From assembly GCF_001194135.2 (NCBI RefSeq), contig NC_068993.1, positions 31,179,893-31,214,370 on the forward strand: a stretch of 34,478 bases of DNA. The letters run 5' to 3'. The position numbers and the translations under genes are program-made. The notes under the pieces are model-generated. The model saw only the letters and a program-made list of their open reading frames with translations, did not search any database and was not told where the DNA came from. Shown in pieces: positions 1 through 10,918 of this stretch. Numbering within the stretch: position 1 is the first letter of the stretch; every line of letters starts with the position of its first letter. The DNA comes from Octopus bimaculoides. Its lineage: Eukaryota.

Positions 1-70
<70 letters not shown>
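1..70. repeat. (CA)n(TA)n microsatellite
   Basis: Directly visible dinucleotide runs. Confidence 0.98.
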
Positions 71-304
71 GGTTATAGACATAGTCCTGTGTAATTACTA
101 TAGACAACGCTGTACCGGAAATTAAATACTGATCGTACCATATATCACAAAATAATTCTGTCACCAAAAGAATATTGCAGTAATTTACTTCGGACAAAAT
201 GGAATTGTCCAATTAATGGCTTATGAAGCAAAATATATTTATAGAGAAGGACCAATTCTTAAACAGACCTAATGTTGTCCCCTCTCCTTCGTTAGAACTA
301 TAGA

Positions 305-560
305 GGGATGATGATGATAATTTTGATGGTAGTAGTGATGTTGCTATCGCTTAGGGTAGTAGTGTTGGTAAAAAGAATGATGGTAATATCAGCAGTTTTG
401 GGTACGTTGGTGAAGGTGATATTGGCCGTGGTACTGATGATGATGATGATGATGAAGATGATAATGATGATGATAATGATGAGTGGGAGGAGGCGGATGA
501 AGATACTAGCATTACTTTATCTCATAGATTTCGATAATGATGATCACGATGAACTATGAT
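305..560. repeat. Degenerate (GAT/GGT)n low-complexity tract
   Basis: ATG/GAT/GTA triplets dominate; they give the poly-M/V ORF 308-559. Confidence 0.75.
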
Positions 561-734
561 TATGAAGCTCAATCCCATGAAAACCACGTTTATTAAAATA
601 ATTCTGGTGAGTAAAAATACGATAAGCATTATTGTGTCAATGATGATGCTGGCGACAATGATGACTAGTTAATACAGCATTTGACAGAACAGCAAGACAG
701 AAATTAAAACAATGACGATGATAATAATAACAAC

Positions 735-1240
735 AACAACAGCAGAAAAAGTATAGTATAGGCACACACCAGAAAATGTCACGGAAAATGAGAAAGCGAC
801 CTTAATCTGAGACATGCTAATACACACAGATAGAGATATCAAGGCAAGCAGGCCGGATCTAGTTGTCAGAGATTTAAAAAAACGCCTTCTAATCGCTGTA
901 TCAATACCAACAGATGATAATGTTTTTTAACAGAACCGAAGAAACTTTCAAAATACAAAGATCTGGAAACAGAGGAAAAACTGGCATGTGGATTCTAAGA
1001 GCAGAAACAATTCCTATCGTAGTAGTTGCATTACGGTATGATAAAAATATTCATAAATATACATAACAAAAACACCAGGATTAACAAGCATATATAACAT
1101 ACAGAAAACAGCACTACTAGGAACCGCACGAATCCTACGTAAAACACTTTGATAAGAGTAAAAATAAGAGCATCACAACAAATACAGCACATGCACAGAG
1201 TTGCGCTCGATAATTCAGTGAAAGCACGTGATAAAACAAC
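735..1240 (+). mobile_element. R4/Dong-type non-LTR retrotransposon, 3' fragment (copy A)
   Basis: Decayed RLE domain (HTPENVTENEKATLI*DMLIHTDRDIKASRPDLVVRD...SKYKDLE). Its 3' part aligns with 4769-5076 and it has a (CTA)(TAA) tail. Confidence 0.85.
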
Positions 1241-1293
1241 ACTACTACTACTACTACTACTACTACTAATAATAATAATAATAATAATAATAA

Positions 1294-1361
<68 letters not shown>

Positions 1362-1483
1362 TGAAGAAGAAGAAGAAGAAGAAGATGAAGAAAATGAAGA
1401 AGAAGAAGAAGAAGAAGAAGAAGAAGAAGAAGAAGAAGAAGAAGAAGAAGAAGAAGAAGAAGAAGAAGAAGAAGAAGAAGAAG
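1241..1483 (+). repeat. Compound microsatellite (CTA)n(TAA)n(GAA)n
   Basis: Directly visible, between copy A and copy B. Confidence 0.97.
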
Positions 1484-4310
1484 ATATCAATATTAACTGA
1501 GCTAATCTCTGGAAATGATATAAGATCAAGAAAAGGCAGGAAGATCGTGAGAAAATATGGACTCTCGACAAGAGAAGAATGAAATACCTAAACAAAAAGT
1601 TGAAGCAAGAGTTCAGAGAATACGCAGATTTGAGAAAAGAATCAAATTCTACAGGCAAAATAAGATGTTCAAATCCAATGCCAAATCATTTTATAGGGAA
1701 ATAGGGAAAGAAAAAATAACCATTGAAAATCCACCCCTAATGGAAGAAGTTGAAAACTTTCGGAAAGGGATCTGGAGTGATGAGAAAGCATACAATGAAA
1801 ATGCAGACTGGATCAAATGCACCCAAGATGCCTACAAAAACCTACAAGAACAGGTATGGGAAGACATCTCAATAGCCGACCTAATGAGGGTACTAACTAA
1901 GGCTCATAAGTAGAAATCCCCTGGTACTGATAGAATACCAAATTTCTGGCTCTCATCACTCTCATCCGCACACAAAATGTTAGTAATACTATTTAATAGT
2001 ATTATGAAAGACCCAGAAAAATCTCCCCATTGGATGGCGAATTGTATTAATTACCTCCTCCCCAAAAGTAACGAAACCTAAGACCCAAAATACTACCGGC
2101 CTATAACATGTTTGTCTACTACCCATAAGATTTTGACATCTATTCTAGTGGAGAAAATATATACATTTAGGGAAGAGAATAACCTCTTTCCCACTGAACA
2201 AAAAGGATGCAGACGAGGCTCATACGGATGCAAAGATCAACTCTTAATTAATCGCATGATAATTGAGAACTACCATAACAAGCGCAGAAATCTCAGCTCT
2301 TCATGAATTGATAATAAAAAAGCCTTTGACAGCATACCACATTCATGGATTCTGAAATGGCTGAACATTTTCAAACTTTTTCCTGTGATTTCAGATTTTT
2401 TAAAGTATATGTCACTATGGAACACGAAGCTGCAATTATATCATTCTAATGGAGTATTGCGCTCAAACAATATTAGCATAAACTGTGGCATTTTCTAAGG
2501 TGACTCACTTTCACCACTAATTTTCTGCATAGCACTAATACCACCCTCAATTGAACTGAATAGAACAGGGTATGGTTAAAAAATTGACAACAGGAAAAGA
2601 AGCCATATATTTTATACGGATGATTTAAAGCTATGTGGGAAAGATGATGAAGAGTTTCAAGGACTACTACATACTGTGAAAGGATTCAATGATGATATCG
2701 GAATGGAGTTTGGCCTTGAAAAGTGTACCAAAGCCACCTTTAAGAAAGGGAAACTGGAATTAGATGTCGAAATAGTAATAAAGGAATTTGAGCAGGAACA
2801 AACCTATAAATACCTAGGAATAAATGGAGGCTCTGGTATCCAGCATGCAAGCATGAAAGAGAAGGTTAGGAAGGAATGTTATAGAAGAGCTCGAGCAGTT
2901 CTGAAGTCTGAGATGAATGCATATAATAAGGTGTTAAGCATAAATTCCTTAGCAGTCCCAGTTGTTCTTTATAGATTCAATGTGCTTAACTGGAATACCA
3001 GTGAAATAATCAAAATTGATAGAAAAATTCGCAAGCTACTGACTTGTAATAAAATGCACTATCCAAAAGCAGACGTGGATCGTATTTACCTTCCCAGAGC
3101 TCAGGGAGTTTGAGGCTTGATCCAGCTTAAACTTACGTACAAAACCACCGCAATCAGACTGGCCAAATACCTTGAAACAAGCAACGATTGGATGATGAAA
3201 CTTGTTGAAAAACATGAAAGACCGAAAACACTTAATTCTATTCTGAAAGAGAGCAAAAAATTCGCTACTGATCAATTAGATACACACCAGCTTGATCAGG
3301 TTGAAGGAAATGCGCCAACTGCTGCTGCAAAGAGAATAAAATTAATTGCAAAGACAAAAGCACATGAAAAATTAGCTAGCAGATGGGAACAGAAACCTCT
3401 GCATGGCAATTATGTGGCTCATATCAAACAAACTGATGTCGACCAGAAACACACGCATCAATGGTTACGAAGCTCAGGGCTAAAAGCAGAGAGTGAAGGT
3501 TTCATATTGGCTGCTCAAGACTAAAGCTTATTATCCCGGAACTACCAAGCCAATGTGATAAAAAATGGAGCTGACCCAAAATGATTCTGTAACGATGCGA
3601 TTGAAACTATAGACCACCTAATCTCAGGGTGTAGAGTCTTAGCCCCTGTAGAATATAAAGCAAGACATGACAGAGTCAGGCAGTATTTACACTGGACAAT
3701 ATGTCGGCATTATAAAATAAAAACTGCTGACAAATGGTATAAACACCATCCTGAAGCTGTGACTGAGGGAGAAAATGTATCGATTCCCTGGGACTTCCCC
3801 GTACATTCCGACAAGACTATAAAAGCTAATAAACCAGATATTATTATAAAAGATCAGACAAAGAAAATCTGTTTATTAATTGACATGATTATTCCCTGCG
3901 ATCATAATATAGCGGTGAAAGAATTTGACAAGAGCAGTAAATATAAAGAATTGCTAATAGAAATTGACAAAATGTGGCACCTGAAGGCGACTACCGTACC
4001 AGTGATTGTAGGATCTCTAGGAATGACAAAAAAAAGTTACTGAAACCTATTTGAAAATGATACCAGGCTTACCATCCCTACAGGAAGTGCAAAAAATCGT
4101 GTTAACTGGAACGACTCATGTACAAGAAGAGCATCATCGCTGTGAAAACAACATCCGTTCATGATTTTGTTCTTTTTTTAATACATATTTTACCTGTGAA
4201 TTTGCGTGTGTAAATTGGGAATGCATACAACGAGTTTCTCTGCCCTAGGTGTACGGAAAACACTCGGCGAGAAATGGAAGAAAATTTGAAGAAGGAAGAA
4301 AAAAAACAAC
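1484..4310 (+). mobile_element. R4/Dong-type non-LTR retrotransposon, 5'-truncated and pseudogenised (copy B)
   Basis: Stitched frames give RT motifs (KSPGTDRI, YRPITCL, EQKGCRRGSYGCKDQL, KAFDSIPH, GDSLSPL, FYTDDLKL, EFGLEKC, YKYLG), a CCHC remnant (FCNDAIETIDHLISGC...RHD) and an RLE domain (KPDIIIKD...LIDMIIP...KYKEL). Several stops and frameshifts. A 3' UTR is followed by (TAA)n at 4311-4345. Confidence 0.95.
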
Positions 4311-4345
<35 letters not shown>

Positions 4346-4356
4346 TAACAACAATT

Positions 4357-4491
4357 CCCTGTTGCAGTATCAGGCTCCGAGTGCCCTGATGCAGTATCAG
4401 GCTCCGAGTGCCCTGATGCAGTATCAGGCTCCGAGTGCCCTGATGCAGTACCAGGCATTAAATGTCTTGATGCAGTATCAGGAACCGGCTC
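4357..4491. repeat. Five tandem 27-nt units (CCCTGATGCAGTATCAGGCTCCGAGTG consensus)
   Basis: Units start at 4357, 4384, 4411, 4438, 4465; units 2 and 3 are identical. Confidence 0.95.
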
Positions 4492-4705
4492 TCATGGCTT
4501 CTGATTTTAACTGACTGGAAGTGTTATGATGTACATTGTTTTTCTTGGTTATAATAGATGGGTTACAAAAAATATTCTGCTCAATGCCACAGATTTCTTT
4601 GTCAGTTGTTTGACCTTAACCAGTTGAGCATGTCTCTTAATGGCTGACTATAAGTATTTACACCTCTGATCACCAACGGAAGTAGCAGAGTGGCATCATA
4701 GCCAT
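4357..4705 (-). mobile_element. Partial copy of a non-coding TAA-embedded interspersed element ('element X'); strand given relative to the copy at 22287-22874
   Basis: Reverse complement aligns with 22600-22810 (4498-4539 vs 22752-22793: 41/42 identical). Flanked by (TAA)n on both sides. Confidence 0.85.
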
Positions 4706-4706
4706 A

Positions 4707-4768
<62 letters not shown>

Positions 4769-4771
<3 letters not shown>

Positions 4772-5076
4772 AAAGACCTGGAAATAGAGATGAACCGAAT
4801 GTGGAATCTAAAAACAGAAACAATTCCTATCATAGTAGGTGCCTTAGGTATAATAAAAAAAATATTCAGAGAAATACATAACAAAAACACCAGGACTTAC
4901 AACTATATATAACATACAGAAAATTGCACTACTGGGTACTGCACACATTCTACGCAAAACACTTTCAATACAGTAGACATAAGAGCACCACAGCAAACCA
5001 CAGCACATACCCAAGGCGCACAGAGCTGCGCTTGGTAGTGAAGTGAAAGCACGTTATAAAAATAAAACTACTGAAC
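4769..5076 (+). mobile_element. R4/Dong-type element, short 5'-truncated 3' end (copy C)
   Basis: Encodes YKDLEIEMNRMWNLKTETIPIIVGALG...GTAHILRKTLSIQ*, then 3' UTR and TAA tail; preceded by (TAA)n at 4706-4768. Confidence 0.9.
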
Positions 5077-5651
5077 AATAATAATAATAAAAATGATAAT
5101 AATAATAATGATGATGANNNNNNNNNNNNNNNNNNNNNNNNNNNNNNNNNNNNNNNNNNNNNNNNNNNNNNNNNNNNNNNNNNNNNNNNNNNNNNNNNNN
5201 NNNNNNNNNNNNNNNNNNNNNNNNNNNNNNNNNNNNNNNNNNNNNNNNNNNNNNNNNNNNNNNNNNNNNNNNNNNNNNNNNNNNNNNNNNNNNNNNNNNN
5301 NNNNNNNNNNNNNNNNNNNNNNNNNNNNNNNNNNNNNNNNNNNNNNNNNNNNNNNNNNNNNNNNNNNNNNNNNNNNNNNNNNNNNNNNNNNNNNNNNNNN
5401 NNNNNNNNNNNNNNNNNNNNNNNNNNNNNNNNNNNNNNNNNNNNNNNNNNNNNNNNNNNNNNNNNNNNNNNNNNNNNNNNNNNNNNNNNNNNNNNNNNNN
5501 NNNNNNNNNNNNNNNNNNNNNNNNNNNNNNNNNNNNNNNNNNNNNNNNNNNNNNNNNNNNNNNNNNNNNNNNNNNNNNNNNNNNNNNNNNNNNNNNNNNN
5601 NNNNNNNNNNNNNNNNNNNNNNNNNNNNNNNNNNNNNNNNNNNNNNNNNNN

Positions 5652-6217
5652 AAAAGAGGAAAACGAGTTAAGAGTAGCAACATCACACTAGATAAAGCCA
5701 ATGAAATAAAAGAATTAGACGAAAGCCAGGCATACAAATATTTAGGAATCAATGAACTAGATAGGATACAACACACACAAATAAAAGAGAAAATAAAGAA
5801 AGAATCCTATAGACGAGTTAGATCAATACTAAAAACAGAGCTCAATGCTAAAAACAAGATAATAGGTATTAACACTTTAGCCGTCCCAGTTATAAGCTAC
5901 AGCTACAATAACCTTAACTGGACACTAAACGAACTATCTAAAATAGACAGGAAAACAAGAAAAATAATGACAGGATCTAGGATGCACCAGCCAAAATCTG
6001 ACATAGAAAGGCTATATATATACAATGTATAGAAGGTGGTAGAGGCTTTATACAGCTTGAAAACTATTATAAAATAACCAACATAAGACTACAAAAACAC
6101 CTACTCCAGAAGCAAGGAAAACTAATACAAATAGCCATAAAACACGAGCAAAACAGAAAACTGTTTTCAGTATTTAAGGAAGCTGACAAATACAAACAAG
6201 AAATCATACTACCAAAA
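5652..6217 (+). mobile_element. R4/Dong-type element, region C-terminal to the RT core (copy D)
   Basis: AYKYLGINE...YRRVRSILKTELNAKNKIIGINTLAVPVISYS...KIDRKTRK...PKSDIERLYI...GGRG; stops at KYKQEIILPK in a TAA/A run. Confidence 0.88.
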
Positions 6218-6255
6218 TAATAATTAAAAAAAAAAAATAATAATAATAATAATAA

Positions 6256-6642
6256 ACCACCCCCAGTACTTGAAAATGATCACATTGCACTCCTCTGGAA
6301 CTTCACCATTCAAACTGACAGAAAGATAGACGCAAATAGGCCAGACATCATACTGAAAGACTTCAGACAAAAATCATGCCTCCTCATTGATATGACTGTC
6401 CCAATTGATATAAACGTATCTGTCAAGACCTACCAAAAACAGAGCAAATATAAAGATCTTGAAATAGAAATTAGCAAAATGTGGAATCTGAAGACGAAAA
6501 CAATACCTATTGTCATAGGTGCCCTGGGAATGACAGCGAAACGGGCTGATTACTACCTAGCTCAGATACCAGGAAACCCCAAAATGGCTGAAGTTCAAAA
6601 GATAGTGTTCATGGGAACTGCCCATATCCTACGTAAAATACT
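6256..6642 (+). mobile_element. R4/Dong-type element, RLE domain (copy E), runs into a gap
   Basis: LLWNFTIQTDRKIDANRPDIILKD...LLIDMTVP...KYKDLEIEISKMW...GTAHILRKIL; preceded by (TAA)n. Confidence 0.9.
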
Positions 6643-7222
6643 NNNNNNNNNNNNNNNNNNNNNNNNNNNNNNNNNNNNNNNNNNNNNNNNNNNNNNNNNN
6701 NNNNNNNNNNNNNNNNNNNNNNNNNNNNNNNNNNNNNNNNNNNNNNNNNNNNNNNNNNNNNNNNNNNNNNNNNNNNNNNNNNNNNNNNNNNNNNNNNNNN
6801 NNNNNNNNNNNNNNNNNNNNNNNNNNNNNNNNNNNNNNNNNNNNNNNNNNNNNNNNNNNNNNNNNNNNNNNNNNNNNNNNNNNNNNNNNNNNNNNNNNNN
6901 NNNNNNNNNNNNNNNNNNNNNNNNNNNNNNNNNNNNNNNNNNNNNNNNNNNNNNNNNNNNNNNNNNNNNNNNNNNNNNNNNNNNNNNNNNNNNNNNNNNN
7001 NNNNNNNNNNNNNNNNNNNNNNNNNNNNNNNNNNNNNNNNNNNNNNNNNNNNNNNNNNNNNNNNNNNNNNNNNNNNNNNNNNNNNNNNNNNNNNNNNNNN
7101 NNNNNNNNNNNNNNNNNNNNNNNNNNNNNNNNNNNNNNNNNNNNNNNNNNNNNNNNNNNGAAGAAGAAGAAGAAGAAGAAGAAGAAGAAGAAGAAGAAGA
7201 AGAAGAAGAAGAAGAAGAAGAA

Positions 7223-7915
7223 GAAACAAAAGCTATAAAACAAATGACATCCAAACTAAAACTAGAACAGCAACGGACCATGATAAAACGATGGCAAGAA
7301 TAGCTCCTACATGGTAAATACTGGGCTAAACTAAATGCAAAAGAAATAGACAGAAAAATTCCAGCAATGGTTGAGAAGCTCAGGACTCAAGGCAGAGACT
7401 GAAGGATGTTTAATTGCTGTACAAGACCAAAGCCTCTCCACCAGTAACTACCAAAAACATATAATGGAAAGAAACATAACAAGTAACTGCAGAATATGTG
7501 GCGATGGACAAGAAACAATAAATCATATTATCTCTGGTTTCCCAGTCCTGGCTAAGAAGGAATATATTCACAGACAAGACAGAGCTGGGACCTACATACA
7601 TTGGAAGCTATGCCAACACTATAGAATAACAACAGAAAAAAGATGGTATGAGCACACACCAGAAAAGGTCGCAGAAAACGAGAAAGCAACCATACTCTGG
7701 GACATGCCAATACACACGATAGAGAAATTAAGGCCAATAGGCCAGATATAGTCGTGAAAGATCATTAAGAAAAACAGTGCTTTCTAATTGATGTATCAAT
7801 ACCAGCAGATGACAACGTCTCTCTAAAAGAAATGGAAAAAACTTTCAAAATACAAAGACCTGGAAATAGAGGTAACTCGAATGTAGAATCTAAAAACAGA
7901 AACAATTTCTATCAT
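7223..7915 (+). mobile_element. R4/Dong-type element, CCHC + RLE region (copy F, probable continuation of copy D)
   Basis: WLRSSGLKAETEG...CRICGDGQETINHIISG...RQDRAGTYIHW...RPDIVVKD...KYKDLEIE; 3' end lost just before the Helitron. Confidence 0.9.
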
Positions 7916-8179
7916 TTATAATTTTCACATATTGTCATATTACTAGAAATACCGGCGTTGCCTGTGTTAAAAAGAATAAAGAAATTTAGAAACGCCGTTT
8001 AGATTACGCGGGTCTCAACTGCTGGTAGCTGAAATACCAACTTTTTACATTAATAACTCTCCGACCCATGCCAGCATGGAACATAGACGTTACGTAAAAT
8101 GTGAAAAGAAAATTTTCAACTGATATATATAAAAAAGTAATACACGTACTTCAAACACACGTTTTGTCTAGCTTATTTC

Positions 8180-8836
8180 CTAACCAAAACACAGTTCTGG
8201 ATTATAGACAATGAAAAGCCTATTTTGGTGTTTATTTGACAGAGGTAGTAGAGAGCCAATCTGGTAATAAATACGACCTTGCATCTTGAAAATTTGCATG
8301 AATCCTGGCTTAGTTGAATCTCTTGTGGCTCCAAATGATGTCATCTGTGGTGCAGCATTGTCCTGTCTAATTTTGTTTTGGAAGTCCTTGGAATCTTGGT
8401 CAGTTGATGACAGCAGTTTCTTCAATGGATCTGGAGGCTGAGGGATTGCAGGGAGCTTAACCTTTCCACCACTGCAGTACAGTGCAGTTGTCTCACCTGC
8501 CCACTTACTTGCCTTACAATATATGCACTCAGTTGTCATTGCACCAATGGAATTGCTAGTGTCATCTGCATCATGAACTGCTGGATCATAATTGAAAGCT
8601 GCTTTATAGAATTTTCTCTGATCTGTTGCAACTGCTCTTCGTTCTGCAGTGGAGATCCTTTTCAGCCGTGCATGCTGCTGTTCATCACTTTGAGATGCTC
8701 TGTCTTTTGTAGTGCACAGTCTGTTCGTTTCTTGATATGCTTCTCTTTCTGCAGTTATCTCTCTTTCCCTGGACAGAGACATTCTTTTGGCTGATCTTGA
8801 CATTGTAGAGAAATTTGACACTTTTCTTCTAGGCAT
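8180..8836 (-). pseudogene. Helitron Rep/helicase N-terminal remnant (218-aa ORF)
   Basis: AAFNYDP...CIYCKASKWAGE...CSGGKVKLP...PPDPLKKLL...QMTSFGA...FKMQGRIYYQIGSLLP match Helitron RepHel N-terminal motifs. HUH nuclease and helicase cores are absent. Confidence 0.85.
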
Positions 8837-9424
8837 GGCTATATAGGTATACGGAAATACACGAGTGCAGAAGATAGTAAAGAATGAAAATAACGGGATA
8901 ACTGAAATTTCATTTCTTAATACAATGGGCAGAAAGTAAATAAGAAATTTTTACAAAACATAAAGAGTTCTACAAGTTGAAGCGAAATTTGTCGCTTAGT
9001 GAACCAAAGGCCCAGTAGAGAAGGAACCAGAAAAAAAGTTGTTAACAACAGAAAAGCACAAAACTGTTGCAAAAGTAAATAAAAAATTTAAGGAAACTAA
9101 CTATACGGATTTAAGTGAAATTTCTGTAGTTACTTCTGTCAGTAAATTATGAACTTACTTTTATCAGTAATTCCGTCATAAAAAACCCCCCACAAAATAT
9201 GAAAAAGTAAATAAGAAATTTGTAGGCAAATTTAACGAAGTGTACAGATTGAAGTGAAATTTATGAAGTTACTTCTGTCAGGTAAATTATGTATGAAATT
9301 ACTTTGATCAGTAATTGTAAACTTCTTTCTGTCAGTAATTTGTCGTTGTTTGTAAATAGCGATTGAAAATTTACAGTGAAAACAATAGCGATTGAACTTA
9401 AAGTGAAAATAATAGAGAGTGACT

Positions 9425-9650
9425 GAGATATATATAGAGTGATATCTAATCATATACATAAGATAGATATTGATAGATAAGATATAGACAGATGCAGAGA
9501 GATAGATAGATATAGATGAATAAGATATAGACAGATGCAGAGAGATAGATAGATATAGAGACAGAGATGGATAGAGATATAGGTAGAGAGATATAGAGAG
9601 ATAAAGGTAGATAGAGAGAGATGGATAGGGAGATATAGATAGTGACAAAT
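9425..9650. repeat. Degenerate (AGAT/AGAG)n microsatellite inside the Helitron
   Basis: Directly visible. Confidence 0.9.
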
Positions 9651-10425
9651 AGACATCACTGACGCTAGAAAACCGGAAGTAAATATTTTTAAAAACTTTC
9701 AAAGGCGTGAAGCTAATATAAAAAGCAATATTTTTAATTTTTAATAAAAGAATCAAATGAGGAGCCTAACATGTGACCGAGATCAAATTAGTCACGCATC
9801 ATAAGTATGGGAGTAATTGGTGAAACCGTTTTTGCGTTAAAAACGAATACACACATATATCCATTTTATATATTAGTTGAGATTGTGATAATTTTTTTCA
9901 CCAATGGATGTAAGAGAGAATATCAATTTCTGAAAGCTACTTCGCAAAGAGTTACCTCCCTTCTCCTCGTAAACCAGAAACGGGTGTTTTCTGCCTCCAC
10001 CCCAGCGGACCGGTTACTCATTATGTGAACAGTTTTAAGAATCTAAAACCATCTGTGGAACATAAATAATATATGTTGCCAGTTTGCAGAAAATCAGTTG
10101 AAAACTACGGCGGTTATCATCTTTTACACTCACACACACACACACACACACACAACGGGATTTATATTCTAGATACACGTGTATATGTATACATATACAT
10201 ACATACGTATATATATATATATACATATATATATATGATTATATATAAAGGGCATTAACTGTGTATTAATGCCTCACGCTATCGAGGGACTACTAAATAA
10301 GTAAAAAAACTACCAAAACTAAGGAACATATTTAGCGAAAGCAAGGGAATGCAGCTTTTCAAAATTTATCTCTTAAAAACATTTAACTCAACGGTAGACC
10401 ACTGGTTTCTGAATCAAATACAGAC

Positions 10426-10918
10426 AAAACTGTGAAGTAACCTGTATTCTTTTGTTCATCAGTACACGTATGGTCAGGATATATAGAAATAAACAAGAAT
10501 CAACCTACCACGATGCAGCCATCACAGCAACGATGACTTTTGTTCACAATTATATATCCCTGAAAGAGATTTGAATTTATCCAGTTGCATCTCGGTAACA
10601 TGTGCTTATACAGAATGATATTCAGCACTGAATATATTCTAATTATTTATAATATAATATAGGATAAATTCTGCTGACTACTTGATAAATTCTTATAAAG
10701 AATTTATCCTATATTATATTATAAATAATTAGAATATATTCAGTGCTGAATATCATTCTGTATAAGCACACGTTACCAAGATGCAACTGGATAAATTCAA
10801 ATCTCTTTCAGGGATATATAATTGTGAACAAAAATCATCGTTGATTCTTGTTTATTTTTATATATCTTGACCATACGTGTACTGATGAACAAAAGAATAC
10901 AGGTTACTTCACAGTTTT
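10426..10918. repeat. Long foldback palindrome (MITE-like), right arm runs into a gap
   Basis: 10426-10672 is the reverse complement of 10699-10918 with about five transitions and a 27-nt indel. Confidence 0.92.

Larger units (their letters stand above)
7943..10173 (-). mobile_element. Non-autonomous Helitron with both termini
   Basis: On the minus strand it starts A|TCTAGAATATAAATCCCGTTGTGTG (TC at 10173-10172) and ends GGCAACGCCGGTATTTCTAG|T (CTAG at 7946-7943). This is the canonical TC...hairpin-CTRR inserted in an AT dinucleotide. It contains a Rep/helicase remnant. Confidence 0.82.

Noticed and set aside
308-1658. Poly-M, poly-R, poly-K and poly-S ORFs
   Set aside because: Translations of trinucleotide repeats.
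4357-4491. CRISPR-like array
   Set aside because: Contiguous 27-nt units with no unique spacers, no cas genes, eukaryotic context.
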